A stretch of DNA of 6,627 nt from a virus (Duplodnaviria; Heunggongvirae; Uroviricota; Caudoviricetes). The notes under the pieces were generated by a model, which saw only the letters and a list, made by a program, of their open reading frames with translations, was not told the origin of the DNA and did not search any database. A program made the position numbers and the translations under genes. The stretch spans positions 1 to 6,627 of the IMG/VR virus record IMGVR_UViG_2778261592_000001; one strand, 5' to 3'. Below are positions 6,058-6,627 of the stretch, piece by piece (position 1 is the first letter of the stretch; every line of letters starts with the position of its first letter).

Positions 6058-6511
6058 GCAGCAAATCCGGCAGGTCTGCCGCCAGTGCATGGACCGCTGC
6101 CGGGCGGGTGAAACATGGCCTCCGGACCTGGCTGAGTTTGTGGCGCTGATTTCGGAAAGCGGGGCCAATCCATTTGGCCTGACGGTGGATGCTGTGATGG
6201 AGGAGTATCGCCGCTGGCGTAATGAGTCCTGGCGATATAACGGAAGCGACAAATATCCGTGGCCTCAGCCTGTGCTGTATCACATTTGCCTCGAGATGCG
6301 TTCAAAGGGGATTGAACGCCAGATGACCGAAGGGGAATTAAAACGGCTTGCAGAACGGCAGCTGACGAAATGGGCAAAGCATGTTAGTAACGGCCTGAGC
6401 GTTCCGCCAGTACGGCGACAACTGGCGGCACCAAAACGCCCGTTGGGACCAACGCCAATTGAGTTGCTGAAACAGGAGTATGAACGCCGGAAAGCGGCTG
6501 GTTTTGTCTGA
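6050..6511 (+). CDS. Lambda P-like replication protein (DnaB helicase loader family); start uncertain, in-frame alternatives at 5969 and 5846
   Basis: Resembles recalled lambda P: AMTEQQIRQVCRQ..ETWPPDLAEFVALI vs ITTMEQVNAGMRVARRQ..PFLPSPGQFVAWC, and YPWPQPVLYH..TEGELKRLAERQ vs YPWKSNAHYW..TDAELRRKAADE. ATG 6050 overlaps the upstream stop as ATGACTGA. The frame is open from 5846, which has AAGGGGG 6 nt upstream and would give 221 aa. Confidence 0.7.
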   Translation: MTEQQIRQVCRQCMDRCRAGETWPPDLAEFVALISESGANPFGLTVDAVMEEYRRWRNESWRYNGSDKYPWPQPVLYHICLEMRSKGIERQMTEGELKRLAERQLTKWAKHVSNGLSVPPVRRQLAAPKRPLGPTPIELLKQEYERRKAAGFV

Positions 6512-6545
6512 TTTGAGAAGTAATTTTTATCCGGAGGAAATTTTA

Positions 6546-6627
6546 ATGGGAACCGTATTGCATGCACTGAAAGCGATGGGTAAAGCCAATTCTGTTGAAC
6601 TGGCGGCGCGGCTTGATATCAGCCGTG
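6546..6627 (+). CDS. Hypothetical protein, 5' fragment only (27 codons in window), possibly Ren-like
   Basis: ATG 6546 preceded by GGAGGAAA with 7-nt spacer; frame open to the window end (MGTVLHALKAMGKANSVELAARLDISR...). Loose resemblance to lambda Ren N-terminus; too short to classify. Confidence 0.45.
   Translation, partial: MGTVLHALKAMGKANSVELAARLDISR

Noticed and set aside
4661-6567. Minus-strand ORFs across the replication module (4661-4951, 4845-5309, 5042-5248, 5376-5609, 5644-5847, 5933-6283, 5967-6377, 5980-6252, 6280-6567)
   Set aside because: All are antisense to the initiator and P-like genes, with Ser/Arg/Pro-rich low-complexity translations typical of open antisense frames in GC-rich coding DNA.
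1-6627. CRISPR arrays, tRNA/rRNA genes, IS elements, integrase or attachment-site repeats
   Set aside because: None seen by eye: no regularly spaced repeat/spacer pattern, no cloverleaf-like segments, no terminal inverted repeats or transposase-like ORFs. This is a by-eye reading, not an exhaustive computational scan.

Overview
The window is the early/immunity region of a Qin-type (dicA/dicC/dicB) lambdoid prophage of an enterobacterium, apparently intact rather than the decayed version known from E. coli K-12. All identifications rest on reading the sequence and recalling protein families; no database search was run. The leftward (minus-strand) arm carries ydfA-ydfB-ydfC, a roughly 340-nt structured untranslated spacer, the DicF sRNA, dicB, ydfD and a long RecE-like gene that runs off the left edge. 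The centre is a divergent dicA (CI-like repressor) / dicC (Cro-like) switch with three copies of a 20-bp palindromic operator. The rightward arm carries a YdaT-like gene, a replication initiator with iteron-like repeats in its linker, a lambda-P-like helicase loader and the start of a further gene. No tRNA, rRNA, CRISPR array, IS element or integrase was seen. I did not find a clearly novel system. The points most worth a second look are the iteron cluster, the unusual O/P gene junction, the structured spacer upstream of DicF and the uncharacterised small proteins YdfA/B/C.
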